From: Isurus oxyrinchus
Taxonomy: Eukaryota
Assembly (NCBI GenBank): GCA_026770705.1
Contig: JANJGN010000010.1
Span: 11,904,001 to 11,968,000 of the forward strand
Length of the DNA stretch: 64,000 bases
Direction: 5' to 3'
The notes beneath the pieces are model-generated. The model ran no database searches. It saw only the letters and a list, made by a program, of their open reading frames with translations, and was not told where the DNA came from. Positions within the stretch are counted from its first letter, which is position 1, and every line of letters starts with the position of its first letter. The position numbers and the translations under genes were made by a program. Below, in pieces: positions 61,472 through 64,000 of this stretch.

Positions 61472-64000
61472 TAGTTGGAGGCTCTTTGTGGGATATGTTT
61501 GGAATTCTGGTTTGGAGTTGGTGAATCTTAAGGTTATGAGTACGAGAAACACTTTGAACTCAGGAGTTGGGTGTGAGGCTTTTTTTGAAGCAGTGAGACT
61601 GCAATATGGCTTTGGGAGTTGCTTAGGCTTGTCTGGGAGTTGAAATTATAACTTTGGCTGGTTTACAAACGGGAACTAAAGTTAAGTTACTGGAATTGGT
61701 GGAAAAGTTACAATTGGGGATACCTGCAGTGGCTAAGAAAGCAGATATAATTGAAGTTATAGCATTGCATTTAAAGCTGGAAGTGATACCTGACACCAGT
61801 GAGTCATAGCTGGAGGTAGTGAGACTTCAAATAGAAATTAAGAGGCTTGAATTTGAACAAGCAAAGGAACTGAGAGAACTTGAGTTGTAGGCAAACGAAA
61901 AGGAAAAGGAATTGGAAATGGGAAAACTGGGACTAGAGGCAGCAGAAAAAGAAAAGGAGAAATATGGATTATTTATAAAAGAAATGGAAATGTGAAAACT
62001 TGATCTCCAGAGGGAAAAGTTAGCAATGGAAGAGAGAACTAAGGAAAGAGCTAGAGAATATCAGCTTAAAAAGCTGGATTTTAACAAAGAGACTTCAGAT
62101 TCTGAGGAAAGCTCTGATGACGATAAAACCTTTAACTTGAAACCAAGTGGGGAGCTGTTTGAATTTGTGCAAGCTCTTCCAAAGTTTGAGGAAAAAGATA
62201 TTGGAGCATTCTTTATTTCATTTGAGAAGATGGCTAAACAGATGAAATGGCCACAGGAAAACTGGACATTGTTGTTACAATCCAGGTTGGTGGGGAGAGC
62301 ACATGAGGTTTATGTTTTATTGTCAGAAGAGGTATCAGTGAAGTAAGATGTGGTAAAAAAAAAAGGCTACTTTGAGTGCATATGAGTTGGTTCCTTAGTC
62401 ATACAGGCAGAAGTTTAGGAATATGAGAAAACAGCCTGGGCAAGCTTATATTGTTTGAAAGAGTAAAACAAAGTAATTTTGACTGGTAGATACAGGCATT
62501 AAAGAGAGAAACAACATATGCAGCTCTTAGAGAAGTAATTCTTTTGGAAGAATTTAAAGATTCAATTCCTTTGGTAGTGAGAACTCATGTGGAGGAACTG
62601 AGGGTTCATACAGCCCAGCAAACATCAAAGATAGCTGATGATTGTGAGTTATTTCATTGAACCAAACCTGGTTTCCATCACCGTTTCAAATCTGAAAAGG
62701 ATAGAGAGTGGGAGGGTGAAAGGAAGGTGGGTAGTCAGGGAAGAGAAGGCCTAGGTGGAAATTTGCAGGAAGGTTTTTTTCTCAGAATAAAAAGGAAGGT
62801 GCTGAGGGTAGAAGTGACATTCAAAATGGAGATGTTTTCACTGTAATAAAGTTGGACACACGAAGTCAGTGTGCTGGAAATTGCAGGGAAAATTTATTGG
62901 AATTATAGGGGTGCAGAAAATTTCAGAAATAATGGTACTGTGGGGTTTGAGGTTCAGGCACAGGAAACACCAGTGGCTAATGTACAGATAAAACTGGAAG
63001 AATCAGTGATATTTGAAAACAGACTGTTGGAATGATGGAAAAATTGCCCATTGCAGGAGTTCAATTTATCTTGGGTAATGAGATAGTTGGATTACAAATG
63101 TTGGTGATGCCTATGGTAGTTGTGTAGCCTGTAGAAGAGTTTTCAACAGACATGTTGCAGAGAGAGCATCCTGGATTGTTTCCAGATTATGTGATAACAA
63201 GGTCACAGGCTCATAGGTTGAAACAAGAAGAACAGGAAGTTCAAAGGCAGGGAGAAGGTGTAGAAGTCCAATTAGCTGCCACTGTGTCTGTTATCATTGT
63301 TCGGGAGGAAAGAACAGAGCAGAATTCAGCTGAATTGTTTAACTCAAGGCCGTTGGTGGAGTTGCAGAAAAAGGACATCTTACTCAGAAACAAAGGCAAA
63401 ATGCATTCCAGAATATATTACCTTAAGGACAATATTTTAATGGGAAAATGGAGACATTATCATGTTTCACCAATTGAATGCTGGAGGGAGGTACATCAGA
63501 TTGAAATACCACATGGATATAGAAATGAGATTCTGAGGATAGCTCATGAAATTCCATTGGGGGGATATTTAAGAATTAGAAAGACACAGGCGAAGGTACA
63601 AAAACATTTTTATTGGCCTGAATTTGACTACATAGGGATGTAGTCAAATTATGTAGAACATGTCACACATGTCAGGTGAAAGGGAAACCACAAGCAGTGA
63701 TTAAGCCGGCACCTTTGATTCCAATTCCAGCATTTGAATAACTTTTTACTAGGGTCATGATTGATTGTGTAGGACCCCTTCCTAAAACTAAAAGTGGAAA
63801 TCAGTCCTTATTGGCAATAATGGATGTAACTATCAGATTTCCTAAAGCAATACTTTGAGAAACATTACAACAAAGAGAATTGTAGAAGAGTTAACTACAT
63901 TTTTTACAAGATAGGTTTACCTAACGAAATACAATCAGATCAGGGTTCAAGTTTCATGTACAGCTGCTTAAAAAAAGTAATGAACAGTTTGGGGATAAAA
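61472..64000 (+). mobile_element. Gmr1-like Gypsy internal region: gag, protease remnant, integrase (decayed; runs off the window)
   Basis: Gag LPKFEEKDIGAFFISFEK...W...LLQSRLVGRA and knuckle CFHCNKVGHTKSVC at 62833-62874; GVQFILGNE. Integrase HEIPLGG..HFYWP..CRTCHTCQ, IDCVGPLPK and IQSDQGS. Confidence 0.88.

Noticed and set aside
31500-64000. BDNF or other protein-coding exons upstream of LIN7C
   Set aside because: No neurotrophin or other host-gene peptide recognised; the ORFs I could assign map to TEs.

Overview
Eukaryotic, vertebrate DNA. The repeat content (abundant CR1/L2-group LINEs, Deu-type SINEs, Penelope ends) suggests a shark or other chondrichthyan; this is inference. The window holds one complete protein-coding gene, LIN7C, on the minus strand: 5 coding exons of 37/119/72/210/162 nt, all GT-AG, encoding 199 aa with L27 and PDZ domains. 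It has a ~2.3 kb 3'UTR and a CpG-rich promoter at ~31.1 kb carrying an ETS-CRE motif and a 4x ~88-bp tandem array. Almost everything else is decayed mobile DNA, and most ORF-track entries are TE fragments or noise. Points of interest: (1) a tRNA-Val copy fused to the 5' truncation point of a CR1; (2) a five-level nest of retroelements in intron 3; (3) an apparently ORF1-less LINE with a tRNA-like head whose two ends also occur joined as short SINE-like elements; (4) Penelope ends with a variant-core minimal hammerhead ribozyme, plus a rearranged, tandemly amplified cluster of them in intron 1; (5) a Gypsy element whose RT/IN is replaced by unexplained acidic coding-like DNA; (6) a Gmr1-type LTR element with a related solo LTR; (7) multi-hairpin Harbinger-like and hAT-like MITEs. 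TE boundaries were read by eye and are approximate unless a TSD is quoted.
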